From contig NC_058369.1 in assembly GCF_018350175.1 (NCBI RefSeq), forward strand, positions 23,128,001 through 23,192,000: a stretch of 64,000 nt of DNA. Direction: 5' to 3'. The notes under the pieces were generated by a model, which saw only the letters and a list, made by a program, of their open reading frames with translations, did not search any database and was not told where the DNA came from. Below are positions 14,176 through 26,925 of this stretch, one piece after another (the first letter of the stretch is position 1; each line of letters starts with the position of its first letter). A program made the translations under genes and the position numbers. The stretch comes from Felis catus. Taxonomy: Eukaryota.

Positions 14176-16048
14176 ATAATTAATGGAACAAATGGGCTTC
14201 ATTCAGCCCTCTTTCGCCTGCATGGATGTGAGGCCTCTGCTCTCCCATGGGATGTTGGCAGATATCTCATATATATGTGCTGTGAGGAGGCACAAGCCCA
14301 ACGGACTGCATTACAGAGTGCCAGAGTCTTTAAAATGCTTGATGTGAGATTAGAAATGGCCTTTCCATTCCCACCAGCCTGAGTTACATTGCTTCTCGTG
14401 AATTTTGAAAAGCTCACAGTGCCTGCTTTTAAGATATGAAGACACCAGAGCCTGATTTGTCCTGAATCATGTTTCATAGTGTTGGCAGCACAAGATAGGA
14501 AACTTGAAATTTGCAGCATGTATGTCTCACATGGAGAGTTCTCTGTGCTGTATTAAGTGACAGAAAGAAAACTCAGCTCATCCTCCTTGTAAAAGAAACC
14601 CAGCATTCCCGGGTTTAAAAGGAGTCGTAACAATTCTATTTGATGGGCTTATAAATATCCTGGAATTTGCATTTTGAATGTTATGCATCACAAAAGGATT
14701 TCGATGGTGTTATCACAGCAATGCTGTAATCACATCCTATAATTTATATAACTCCAACTGCCTGCCATCACTATGTCAAAAATCATGATATGCTGTTGCT
14801 GATACGCACACAGCTTCTCCCCTGAAGGAAATTAAGGGTCCTGAATCAAACTCCTTGGGGGCAATTTTAATGACTTTGTCTGGAAGGTCTGGCCACCTTG
14901 ATAGGTAGTCAGGTGAGTCAGGCAGTGGGTTAATAAGTAGATCTAAACTTCAAGTATGAAATTGAACAAGCCAAGGTGTCCCAAAGGCAAGCCATAACAG
15001 AGCGTTTTATGCTTGGAACTCTAGGAAGTTGAGCAGTCTGGGAGCCCCCTGCATTGCATGAGCAACAGGACGTGAGGCTCGTGCTGGAGACCTTCCAAGA
15101 GGGGGTCCGATTAACCTTGGGGCTGAGTCTTTAGCTGTGTCTGAACCTTTGCTCACATGCAACTTTGGATGGGGCCAGGAGGGGAAGCAGTGACGTGGTC
15201 AGGCATTTCATTCCTGAACTGTGCTTTTTCTTCCCCCCAAATAATAAACAAACTTAAGTTGTTTTTACTTTTTAAGAATAGACAGTCAGATTTAACCTCT
15301 TCCCTTGACCTTCAATCACTGTCAGATGTGCACCTCCAAATCAGAATTCCTCAGGAAAGGTTTGAAGCCTAGAGGATGTGGAAGAGCAGCCCCAGGTCGG
15401 TGCCTGGAATGAAGGAGGGGCAGAACAAAATTGCTCTGTATAGGAAAATAAGACAAATGCAAAAACAGCAGTGTTGCCTCCTACAAGAAGACAGGGACCA
15501 GCAAGCTTATTAGCAAGAGGGCATGGGCCTGACCCCAGAGACACAAAACAACTTAAGACCTTTTCAATGGCAAGGATAGCTCTTATTTAATTTAAGTTAT
15601 TTTCTATGCTGCAGCCCATCACATTTTCTCAAAGGCCTCAGGGGAGTAGTTTTGGAGGGGAAACCGTGGGAAAGTTCTAGTTTTTTACATGTGTACACTC
15701 TTGGGAAGGGGTGGAGGGGGTGTAGGATGGTGAGGTCGTCTGTAATGGAATGAATCCAACAGGAGCAGATCAGAATCAGTGGTGGCTGGAGACCTGGAAG
15801 CCCCCTCCTTCCCCAAGATTCCAGCAGCCACCAGCAGAACCATGGTGCTTCCCCATGGATCATGTAAATCTAAACCCCGCTGTTAGAATACCTTGGCTGA
15901 AATGTATGTTTCTGCCAGAAGCTCCATAGGTTACACAATTCAGCGAAAGAGTCAGGAGGTAACACTTCTGGTCTTCCCTCTTTGTCTATGTTATAGAACA
16001 TTTACTCCTCAGTTTCTCCACCTGAACAATGGGAAGATTGGTCTAGAA

Positions 16049-16174
16049 CAGGGGACCTCAAAATCTGCATCTAGCCATGTATGAATTTCAGGCAGTCTGT
16101 GATCCCTCCCATCAAAATGTGTACATGAACAGGTATAATTTTCCATCATTCCCCACAAATGTTAAGAACCGCTG
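16049..16174. mobile_element. Small hAT-Charlie-like MITE inserted in a MIR fragment
   Basis: Ends CAGGGG...CTCAAA and TTAAGAACCGCTG, flanked by imperfect 8-bp TSD gtctagaa/gactagat; MIR-like sequence upstream. Confidence 0.5.
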
Positions 16175-16699
16175 GACTAGATGTCTGAGGTCTAGTCTAG
16201 CCTTACGAGCCTTTTCTAGTTTTCTCTTGTTGTGCATTGCCTCTCTCTACCTAAATGGCAAACAAAATACTTAATCATTGTTGTGGGGACATTCAGAAGC
16301 CAATAAACCCAAACACAGATCCTGCTTTGCATGTCATATTATACAAAGATGCCATTGACTTAGGAGAGGGATGGGCCTACTGGAGACAGTCATGATTGAT
16401 ACAAAGAATAGTGGCCCGAATACCCAGTGAATGCCACTGGGTTTGAGATACAAGTCTTATTGATTCTACTCCCCAAATACATCTCAGATTTCCCCTCATC
16501 ATTTGCAATGTGAATTCCACCCTCTCTCCTGTTTAGACCATGCCTGTAGACTCCCAGTTGGTCCCCTGGCTCCACTTGTACACCGCGAGGCTCTCTCCCT
16601 GACTTTGTCTCAGTTCCTTGGAGGTGATCACCCACTACCACTCGCCATCAGGGCCCTTGCTTGTTTCCTGGCTGGCTCTCACTTAATCTTTGGGTCTCA

Positions 16700-16905
16700 G
16701 GGGCATCTGGGTGGCTCAGTCAGTTGAGCATCCGACTTCGGCTCAGGTCATGATCTCACAGTTCGTGGGTTCAAGCCCCACGTGGGCTCTGTGCTGACAG
16801 TGCGGGCCTGCTTAGGATTCTCTCCTCCCCACCCACCCACCCCCGCTCCACCCCCTCTCTTACTGTCTCTGTCTCACTCAAAATAAATAAATAAACTTGA
16901 AAAAA
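16700..16905 (+). mobile_element. Carnivore SINE inserted in L2-like sequence
   Basis: GGGGCATCTGGGTGGCTCAG head; TSD aatctttgggtct. Confidence 0.95.
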
Positions 16906-17169
16906 AATCTTTGGGTCTTAAATTACAGATTCCTTCCCTGACCTAACTGCCAAATTATTACTCTCTCATTGAATCAGTTCTTGTTCCTCTATAGTATTTC
17001 ACACAACTTATTATTACACATTGCTTGGGCTATTTTTAAAATTATGTCTCTCTGGCTTACACTGAATTATGCATGGTAGTGACTGACATTTTCTGAGTTG
17101 GGGGGGACATTTTATTCCCGCTATCCATCACAATATCATACAAATAGTAGGAGGAATACACTAATGGTA

Positions 17170-17766
17170 TATAGGGGAGGAAAAATACTTTTTACTCTAC
17201 CCTCTTAGGTTTAATGATATGGACCCTGCAAATTAAACTGACTAAAGGTAAGTCAGTAGGAAGAAAGGTTTACTATGTGTGCACGTGGAGGCTTTCAGAG
17301 AAAAGAGGTAAAGACTCAAACAGGCAGTTAGGCCTGGGGGTAGGAAGATGGAAATGGGGCTTACACACCATTTTAACAATGAGTGATATGTTTGTGGAGA
17401 AGTGACAAGACAAAGGAAAATGACTTTGGGCTTCTATGGGCGATAAATGGTGGGAAGGTGAAATATACCGGAAGGAATGGAAGTTTGGGTTATTTTGGTA
17501 AAGTTTGTTTTGCAGTCGCAATCTGATGTGGCCTCTGGGGTGATGAGAGTGTCTCCCATGATTAAGAGCCATTTCCCTGCTCCTGGTATGGGAGAGGAGA
17601 AGGGGGACACCTTCACAGAGGGAAATTTGTACCCCCTACCTTTAGGCAGAAAGGGGGGAAGGTGGAGAGCTTTTCCCGCACCTGCTGTTTCTCAGTTGCC
17701 TTTGGCCCAAAATAATCCTGATGCCAAAGGAGCGTATTTGGGGATGGTGTACTCTGATGCCCTTTA
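17170..17766 (-). mobile_element. ERV1 solo LTR, MER34-family
   Basis: Reverse complement begins ...ATCAGAGTACACCATCCCAAATACGCTCCTTTGGCATCAGGATTATTTTGGGCC, like the MER34 5' end, and finishes ...TTTTCCTCCCCTATA; 4-bp TSD ggta/agta. Confidence 0.8.
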
Positions 17767-19586
17767 AGTAAAATAATCTCCACTTCGGACAACATGATTT
17801 GATTCTCGTTATAGTTGAATCTGTTTGCCTAACACTTACTCATTTGATAAGTCTCTTTTTAAGTAGCTCATCTTCCAGGGACCCATCCATCCCTGCTCTG
17901 GCTTCATGGCCCGCTTACACAGTATGGCTATCTTCAGTTTACCACCATGTCTTCCCAATTTGTACCATCCAAGCCCAGAGTAATAACCAAGTCACCATGC
18001 CTAGTACTCTTCCCTGGCTCAGGGGCTGATGCTTAGTAGATATTTAGTAAGTAAATAAAAAGCAAAGGACTGCATTATTAGTTCTGATAGGCTTAAAACT
18101 GCAAAAAAAAAAAAAGATGTGAATGTGATGAGTTTATCAGTAAGTTACAACACTGTGGATAAACCATTTGCAGTTTTGCATTCATATGATCCATGCGTGA
18201 TTAAACATTCACACCCGCAACTGATTTTACATATGAATATTAAAACTAGGGACCCATACGGTGGGTGATCTCTCAGAGAGCTTGTATCGTACTTATTTTT
18301 GCACGTGGCCTGCATGTCCAATACTCATATAAATGTTCATATGAATATATGACTTCAACTTGTGATCTTTTAGTATACATGATTTGTTTTTCAGATTTCC
18401 ATATATTGAGATGCAGAAGGCATTGTTATTTGAAAGAACCATAGTTTTTATTCATTAATTTCAGTTAATAGAAAGAAAGATAAAAACAACCAAATCTCAC
18501 TATTCCCACATGTTTCAGAGCTCTTTTGGGTGTTTCCTGCACACACGTGTTTGAGGAAGTATACAAAACTCACAACACATGTCATGACGATTGCCTTGAA
18601 TTTCAGAGTAATTGACTTCTGAAATAGCTCATCTGAGTTAGTTATGGGTAACACAGTATCAAGGTAACAATACGACCTGAATCTCTGGGTTAATCTAATT
18701 TAATAGCTCAAATTCATTGCTTCATAAAATCTTTCAAACCCCTACCATTAATTAGGGCACCTTTAGGATTTTTTTTAAGAAATCTAAATCACCCACCAAT
18801 CTTTTGTTCTCTCTTAAAAATTTGCGCCAAAAGCACAATTGATTTCTATCTCTGAAACCAGAAGGGAGCTATTTACCATCTTCTTTTTCTTTAGCAACTC
18901 TCTGCTCTCTACCGTAGAACTTCAGATCACGACCACTTTAGACTGGTCTGTCCCCAGCGCCGTTACTGCAGTTGCCGTGAACTTCCTTATTAATGGGCAT
19001 TCTGCTGGATTCTCTGGCTCCATATTTTCTTTAATCCTTTAACCATCTGATCTGATGTGTCAATCATGACATAGCTGTGGGTCATAAGAGCTTTGAGGAT
19101 CCTACCAGCATTGGGCTTTTATGATCTTAAAGAAGGCTGCTACTCAACAATGAGTCATCATGAACCACTTCTCAATCTGCTGAGGTGACTACGGTTGGCT
19201 GAATCTCCATATGGGCTTTAAACCCAGATACTCCTTCCCTGATTGCTTAGGAAGGTCCCACGTCCTCAAGTACTCAGTGTCTACATGTGGGGGAACATCT
19301 GTCACAGTGCCCAGACACTGTAGTGCCCTCAAGACTCCTAATGTCTCTGTAGTGACTGCCTTATTCTTAGTATCCATCAGGGGAACCAGTCAGTGGTGTC
19401 TCAAAAAATCACTTTTGAAATTCCCCAAGTCAGAAGGAATGGGAAGTGTAGGGATACTGAGGAACTGACCTTTGTCCTTCTCAACACTGTGTCACCCCCC
19501 CCCCCCCCAGAATTTCTGAAGCTCTCGACAACTGAAAGGCTATTGGGAAAGAGATCACTGAATTAGAGTTTAAAGACTAACATTTA

Positions 19587-19806
19587 GGGGCACCTGGGTG
19601 GCGCAGTCGGTTAAGCGTCCGACTTCAGCCAGGTCACGATCTCGCGATCTCGCGGTCCGTGAGTTTGAGCCCCGCGTTGGGCTCTGGGCTGATGGCTCAG
19701 AGCCTGGAGCCTGTTTCCGATTCTGTGTCTCCCTCTCTCTCTGCCCCTCCCCCGTTCATGCTCTGTCTCTCTCTGTCCCAAAAATAAACGTTGAAAAAAA
19801 AAATTT
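19587..19806 (+). mobile_element. Young felid SINE (SINEC_Fc type)
   Basis: GCGCAGTCGGTTAAGCGTCCGACTTCAGCCAGGTCACGATCTCGCG diagnostic and AAACGTTGAAAA tail; TSD ttaaagactaacat[t/c]ta; internal 8-bp duplication cgatctcg. Confidence 0.96.
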
Positions 19807-20115
19807 TTAAAGACTAACATCTAATCTTCGCTCTGCCCTTCGTTGGCCATGTGCCCAATGTGAATCACTTCCTTCTCCTAGACCTCAGTTTCCCTATATT
19901 GTAGGCCCAGATGCTATATAAACTATAATATGTAATACAAAATTAAGGCAGTGATACTATGGATATTAAAAATATTTACGTTACAATAGCCATTGCACTA
20001 CTGACTCAGTACAGTGAATTTACCCCCAGCAAGTATTTCCAGATATTTAGTGCTAAAAGACTTCTCAATCAGTTCTTAGTATCTGGTATGTAGAAGACAT
20101 TTAATAAGCTTTGTT

Positions 20116-20332
20116 GTTGTTGTTGTTTTAATGTTTATTTATTCTTGAGAGAGAGGGAGACAGAGCACGAGCAGAGGAGGTTCAGAGAGAGAGGCAGACA
20201 CAGAATCCAAAGTAGGCTCCAGGCTCTGAGCTGTCAGCACAGAGCCCAACGTGGGGCTCGAACTCATGAACTGTGAGATCATGACCTGAGTCGAAGTCAG
20301 ATGCCTAACTGACTGAGCCACCCAGGCACCCC
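20116..20332 (-). mobile_element. Carnivore SINE
   Basis: (TTG)n tail, GA-rich body, ...gagccacccaggcacccc; degenerate TSD aataagctttgtt/agtaaactttgtt. Confidence 0.95.
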
Positions 20333-20399
20333 AGTAAACTTTGTTAAATGAAGAAAAACATGCCTAGGTGCATGCAGTACTGATTGAGCAACCCAAAAT

Positions 20400-20655
20400 A
20401 ATGATAATAAATACATCCACATTTATTGAATGCTCACCATTGGCCAGGCACACTTCAAAAAGCTTGACACATAACTCTATGTCACATTATCTCTAAATAA
20501 TGTAACATTAATAATGTATTTAAATATAAAATTAAATCTATCATTACATAGGATCATATAACCGTCTTACAAGATAGGTGTTATTGTTATCTCCATTTGC
20601 AGATGATGAGACAGAGGCATTGAAACCATGAATAATTTTCCAAATATCCCTTAGC
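20400..20655 (-). mobile_element. MIR
   Basis: catttattgaatgctcacc...gccaggcac...tctccatttgcagatgatgagacagaggc. Confidence 0.7.
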
Positions 20656-20833
20656 AGTATTTATTTAAAAAACAAAAACAAAACCAACAAAGCAAAAAAC
20701 AACTGTCCTTTCTGTGGTAGAATGTGAATGTTTTAAGGTAAAACCAGTGAGTTCTGTGAGCATGAAGACACTTACCTTGTGCCTAAAGACCCTTGGGTTG
20801 CTCTCTATGTACAATTAATAGTGGTGAGATATT

Positions 20834-21106
20834 GAGGCGCCTGGGTGGCTCAGTCAGTTAAGCGTCCGACTTTGGCTCAAGTCATGATCTCACAGTTTGT
20901 GAGTTCAAGCCCTGCATTGGGATCCGGGCTGACAGCTTGGAGCCCGGAGCCTGCTTAAGATTTTGTGTGTCTGTCTGTCTGTCTCTCTCTCTCTCTGTCT
21001 CTCTGTCTCTCTAACTTTCTCTGTCTCTCTCTCTCTCTCTGCCCCTCCCCAGCTTGCTCTCTGTCTCTGTCTCAAAAAAGAAATACAAAACAATTAAAAA
21101 AAAAAA
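20834..21106 (+). mobile_element. Carnivore SINE with expanded CT tract
   Basis: GAGGCGCCTGGGTGGCTCAG head; TSD aa[t/g]agtggtg[a/t]gatatt. Confidence 0.95.
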
Positions 21107-24100
21107 AGAGTGGTGTGATATTGGAATTCCTTTCTGATAACCATGTGGTGATTCCTGACACTGTAAAGTTATCCTATGCTTGGTTTTGAAGGAGGTTTGT
21201 GAGCACATCCGAGGTCCATGTTCTCCCACATCTGTATGCACTACCATATTCAGCAAGCAGACTGTGAAAATCCACATGGCCATGGCCAAAGTCAAACTGT
21301 TTTGCCAAGCATGCTTTCTCCCCTTAACTGAGAAACCTATGGTTATTTGGATGGAAATTTAATCTGTGCCTCTGATTCATTTACTCATTACTCATTAAAT
21401 TGCTATTTAGTTCTAGCTATACGAGCTGTTAGAGCTTTCTCTAAAGCTCCTCTAAACCAAAAGTGGATTATGGCCACATTCACTGAAGCCAATTTGAGTC
21501 CCATCTAAAGTGAATGGAGCTAGGGCTCAAGAGTTCTGTCCGGCTGAGAAGTGAAGGCATGCAGACCATGTGTCTATCCCTCTGCATTTTGACATCGACC
21601 CACTATGTTCTCCCCCCAAAATTGCAATATGGAGTTTTTGGGGAAGGAGTCCAACTTCTTTGAGAGTGAGGAATGTTTTCACTTCCCTTCCTAATAAGGT
21701 ATTTGTACCACTTACAGAGGCCGGAGGGGTGTCTCATGCCGGTTAAGAACAGAGCGCTGGAGCTAGCGGGTCTGGGTTCGAATGCCCTCTGTCGCTTAGA
21801 TGTGTCATCTGGGGCCGTTTGCTTAACCCTTCCTTCTGTGTTTCCAGTTTCATCACATACAAAAGGGATAAAGATAGGTTCTGCCCTGCTGGGGTATTGT
21901 AGGGATGACTGATGTAGCATCCTTCCTTGGGAAACGGCCTCCTCCCACCACCCCCCACCGGCTGGTTTTGTGGCAGCCGAAGCAGGATTGCCTTCTGCTA
22001 CTGTGGGCTGACAATGGAACATCCACATGTTGTTTATCATCCAGGGGCACAGTGTAAATATTTAGAGGGACCTGGCTGGTGAAATACGCATGGAGAACTC
22101 TGGGTATAAAAAAGGAGTGGTTGGGGTGGGGGTGGGGGGACTACAGTGGCCCATAGCGTGCACATACCACCTAGAGGTTTGCATTTCAATACTGTAAACG
22201 TAGCTGATGGCCAAATGAAATTAAGGGAATATTCTGCTAGAGGCTGGAAATGCCTTTTACCTAACTGTGCCATTCACAATTTTGCTTTGCCCCCTTCACC
22301 TCCTGCCCTCCAGGATCCACTTCCATCTTCTTCAAATTATGGAAACCTCTGGCACCTTCTTTCCTGTGCACAAGAACTCCTGCAGCTAGAATAGCAGAAC
22401 CCATCTCAGTCTCTCTGCACTTAGGTAGGGCTCACCCTTCATGTCCCCCAGGCTTGCACCTATAGAGCCTGCCACTGTGTGCTCATTGCCACAGAGAGCT
22501 GGCAGTGCTCTCTGTGTCCTGCAGTCCTGTGGCCACAGCCCATCATCTGGACAGGGCTTCTCTTTCTTGGCTGTGCTCAGAGGTGTCTGTTGCTGTCACA
22601 AGGTGAAAGGGATTATGGAATCTCAGACTGTCTGATCTGAAAACCTTCACCTGAAGCCCAAGGTCCTAGTTTCTGTGGTATTTCTCTCTGTGCACTGTTA
22701 ACTGGTCACTGCCCCTGGGCATTTGAAGATTTTACTGTCTGGTCTTTATCCTTTATTTAGCCTTTATTTCACTTTCTGTTACGGATAGTCTATGGAGTTC
22801 CTCAAAGAGGAGTTTACTCCTCTGTGCTCTACTCAGCAGAATTCCTGCACACGATAGATGCTCAGGAAACACGTCCAGATCACTTGATACAGTTTTCCCT
22901 CCATCACCACGAATTTACTAATGTTCATGTGCATGTGGCATTATCTGGGCCATGACACAAAGCTATTCTCACCCATTTCTTGATCTCACTCAGTGTTTAA
23001 AAGGAATATGAAGAACTGGCAGAAGGTATGAGAACCACCCTGGACCATGGTGAGTGAGGACAGACATTGTTTCTATTTAGAGCAGGTGGGAAGACAGAAT
23101 CATAGTGACGAAGTGGCAAAGAAGAGAAATACAAGTGCAATTCACATGTGATTAGACACTTTCCATTTATAGCCTCATGGCTTAAATTTACATAATTCTT
23201 TTAAAAAGAAAAATTAATTATTTATGACTGTAGCTTTTAACCAAACTGTGCATTTAAAGTAATCACTCTGGGTAATTTAAATAAAATCTTTTCTGTAAGC
23301 AGTTTATGCTCATTAGAATGAGAAAAGTGTTGGTTTATTCAATTAAAAGGACATTATTGCCAGTTTGGATCCTCTCTCTTTCTTTCCACTTCAAAATAGA
23401 GGGCAGCCACATTGTGACAGATGGGACTTAATTAATTTGTCTCAAAAGTGACCAGATTTTGCTTTTTTTTTTTTAATTTTAAAGATGATAGATTCCAAAA
23501 GCCTTTTCAAAAACCAAACCACTATTTTAGAACACTGAAAAGAAGTTCTGCCCTTTACTCTGACAGGCAGTGGGTACAAAAATAAGTTTGTTCCCTGGCA
23601 AACGGGCAGGACTTCCTCACGAGCTCAGCAGAAGTCAAAGAAGATGGTTCTGATCAAAGCTGTCCCATACTGTGATCTTTAAAACTACAAAAACACTGCA
23701 CCTGCTTGGTGCTTTTGGAGGTGACACCATTCACTGTACTTAAAGAGGCTCTTCCACCATAGTGACAGAAGCCTACCAAGATTTCAGGATGGGACTCTCT
23801 TTCCTTTACTGGTTAGTTCCCTGAGAATCTGTGATCCATGATACACTCTGACAAGCGTGGCACCTGGGTATGGCCAGTATGGAGCGCTGCATTCAGGGTT
23901 GTGCAGGTAACCCGATGCCAGAAGTCCGTGTGAGGCCCTCCTACATGCCCGGGTGAAGTACCTGAAAGCCACAGATAGGCTTCCACCCCAGAAGCAAGAC
24001 CCAAAGCTGATACAAGTGGTGTCTTGTATTAGGGGATAATGCGAGGTGAGCTGAGTGGATCAATAGAGACCAGGCATGCTTCTGTCACGAACTGCTTTGT

Positions 24101-24359
24101 CAAAGCCACTCAGGTCTTTCAGACTGCTAAAATAAGGTGGTTGAACTTGAATAGCTGTCTTTTTTTTTTTTTAACTCTTAATTAGCAAAACTCTTTTGTT
24201 TAAATGAAATCAGCACATCCATCACATGTAAAAAAACAGCAGCTCTCACAAAACTGGGGTCAAAAGCCCCTGTTGATCACTCTCTGGTTCACAGAATTTG
24301 GGGGCTCCACAGAGCTGACTTCATGAAACGCTGGTGTAGATAATTGATAATATGCTGTC

Positions 24360-24925
24360 ATAGCGAAACAGGTCTCTTTGGCTGTGACAGAAATCCAGCT
24401 CAGCCAGACTTGTATGATTAAGGAGGGTCTACTCTGTCATAAAACTGAAGAGTCAGTGTGTAATCTCTTCAGACATCACTGGCTCTTAGGTGCCCAAATG
24501 TTCTTAGAAATCTGCCTCTTGCCGTCTCTTGGCTGTTTTCCTCTGTGTGGCTTTATTCTCAGGTGAGATCCCTTCACCTTGTGATATCAAGACGGTCACC
24601 AGTAGCTCCTTCACATCCTACTAGTGGAGCCCCTTGTCCCCAGAAGAAAATCATCTCTTTCTTCTGAGTTCTAGCTAAGGCTCAGGTGCTGACTCTTTGC
24701 GGCTTCAACCACATGCCTGAACCAGTCACAGTGGGCATCAGGATGGAGCATTCTGATTAGACAGGCGTGAGTCACATGTCTACCCTTGGATTGCAAGAAG
24801 CAGGGAGTCAGCCCCAGTCTCACCACCAGGCCTGAGAATAGGGGATGGTCTGTCTCATAGGCCAATCAAAGTGCTATTACCAAAGAAGGGATGGATTTTG
24901 TTCAGGCAAAAGGCAGCGATTTGGT
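24360..24925 (-). mobile_element. Old MaLR LTR (MLT1J/K-like)
   Basis: gtgacagaaatccagctca..., ctctgtgtggctttattctcagg, gagcattctgattagacagg...gtcacatg motifs; boundaries approximate. Confidence 0.6.
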
Positions 24926-25739
24926 CCAGCTCCCTTCTAGATCTAACAGCCTTATGAATCTAAGCAGATCCTGATACTTTTCTGCAATGTGGAGATTTTG
25001 TTCAGATCTGGGCTAGAGGACTTGTATCTCTGTGGATAATAGACTGATGTTTGTATAAAGGGGAAAAAGACTCCCCGGGTGGGGGAGGAACAGAGGAGAG
25101 GGCAACAGAAAATAGAAAATGCCAACCCATCTCAACCGTCCTGAGTTCAGTCATCTTTCTAGGAAGGAAATGAATCAATTATATTTGCCCTGTTATCATG
25201 AATATTTGCTGGTTCACCCCCTGATATCTCCTGTGCTGCTCTGCAGTGCGAGCCAAGACTGTAACAGGTTTTATTCCTCTACTTCCTGTACTCTTTGCAG
25301 CTGTTTGGCAAGAGTTCCTTAAGCTCGTGTTTCAACCAACTCTTGTATAAATGCCCAGAATTCATGGCTGATTGAGCTACTTGAGCTTTGAAAATGTAGA
25401 CACTGGGGATATATCTTTGCTAAAGGTTTAATAGTGAGTTGGTTTTCGCTGCATGACCCATGCATGCCAAACCCTGACCTCAGATGTCTTCCTGAGAGAA
25501 GAGGAGTTACTGGGGACAGATCGTGGTTTTGTGAAGATGGCACCAAAGCCTCTTCTAGCCCTGTTCTACAACCCTGGTAAATGAGGTGGTACCACACTCA
25601 GACCTCCTTTTGTCTAGATCAGTTGCATGCAGTGTCTTTGGGTTGCTTTGCCACTTACCACCCACATTAGCTTGTTCAGGTCACTCTCATGAGGTGAAGT
25701 TTCGTCTTTTGTAAAACAGGGATTGTGGTACTTACTTTC

Positions 25740-26925
25740 TATTACTCCTGTTGCTTAGTTAACACCCTGGAACATAATGGTGTGGCAGGAATCTGGCCAG
25801 GGAACATCAAGGCTGACTCACCACGACTCCACAATATCTGGGGTCCTCACACTACGAAGACTCAACCACAAGGGTAACTCAGTGGCTGGGAACTAGATCA
25901 CATGGAAGCATCTTTATTTACATGTCAGGTGGCTAATACTGGCTATTAACTAGGACCTTAGATGAGCTGTCTGCCAGATACTTCTACTAGCCACATCTAC
26001 ATTGTCTTTCCATGTGATCGCTTTGTGTGGGCTACTTTGAGCTTCCACACAACATGGTGCCTGGATTTCCAGAGCACAGCAGAAGTGCATATTTATAATC
26101 TAACCATGGAAGTCACATGGTACCATTTCCCCCGTACTCTCTATTGAGGCAATCACAAAGGGGTGGGGACATAGACTTTATAGGAGTGCCAACATTATAC
26201 TGTTTGGAAAACAGTATGGATGTTCCTCAAAAAATTAAAAATAGAACTACCCTATGACCCAGCTATGACCTAGCAACCACCACTAGGTATTTATCCAAAG
26301 GATACAAAAAAAAAATGCTTATTCAATGGGCCCCATGCACTCCAATATTTATAGGAACACTATTGACAATAGCCAAAGTATGGAAAGAGCCCAAATGTGC
26401 ATTGACTGATGAATGAATAAAGAAGATGTGTTATATACACAACAATGGAGTATTACTCAGCAGTGAAAAAATTGAAATCATACCATTTACAACAACATGG
26501 ATGGAACTAGAGTGAATTATGCTAAGTGAAATAAGTCAGTTGGGGAAAGACAAATATATGATTTCACTCGTATGTGGAATTTTAGAAACAAAACCGATGA
26601 ACATGGGGGAAGGGAAACAAAAATAAGATAAAAATAGAGACGGAGACAAACCATAAGAGACTTTTAAACACAGAGAACAAACTGAGGGTTAGTGGTGCGG
26701 TGTTGGGTGGGAGATGGGCTGGATGGGCGATGGGCATTAAGGAGGATACTTGGGATGAGCCTGGGTGTTATATGTAAGTGATGAATCACTAAATTCTGTT
26801 CCTGAAATCATTATTATACTATATGTTAACTAACTTGGATTTAAATTTTTAAAAATTTACCGTAAGTAGAGTATGGCTTGGGAGATATTTATTATGGTCT
26901 GCTTTGGCAAATGCAATCTTCTATA
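25740..26925 (-). mobile_element. MaLR LTR (MLT1G/H-like) split by a younger L1 insertion
   Basis: ggcaggaatctggccaggg...cacaacatggtg...ggaagtcacatggtaccatttc; the LTR resumes after 26863 (gggagatatt...ctttggcaaatgcaatct). Confidence 0.65.
26204..26855 (+). mobile_element. 5'-truncated carnivore L1 (end of ORF2 plus 3' UTR)
   Basis: tggaaaacagtatgga...aaaatagaactaccctatgacccagc...aaccataagagactt...gtgatgaatcactaaattct...taacttggatttaaa; degenerate TSD attatactgt/atttaccgt. Confidence 0.9.

Noticed and set aside
19598..19820. ORFs beginning MAQSVK... (also 1163, 20139, 49904, 55452)
   Set aside because: Translations of SINE consensus sequence.
22102..22140. TATAAAA followed by G-runs (promoter or G-quadruplex)
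   Set aside because: No CpG island or downstream exon; only three closely spaced G-tracts; expected by chance.
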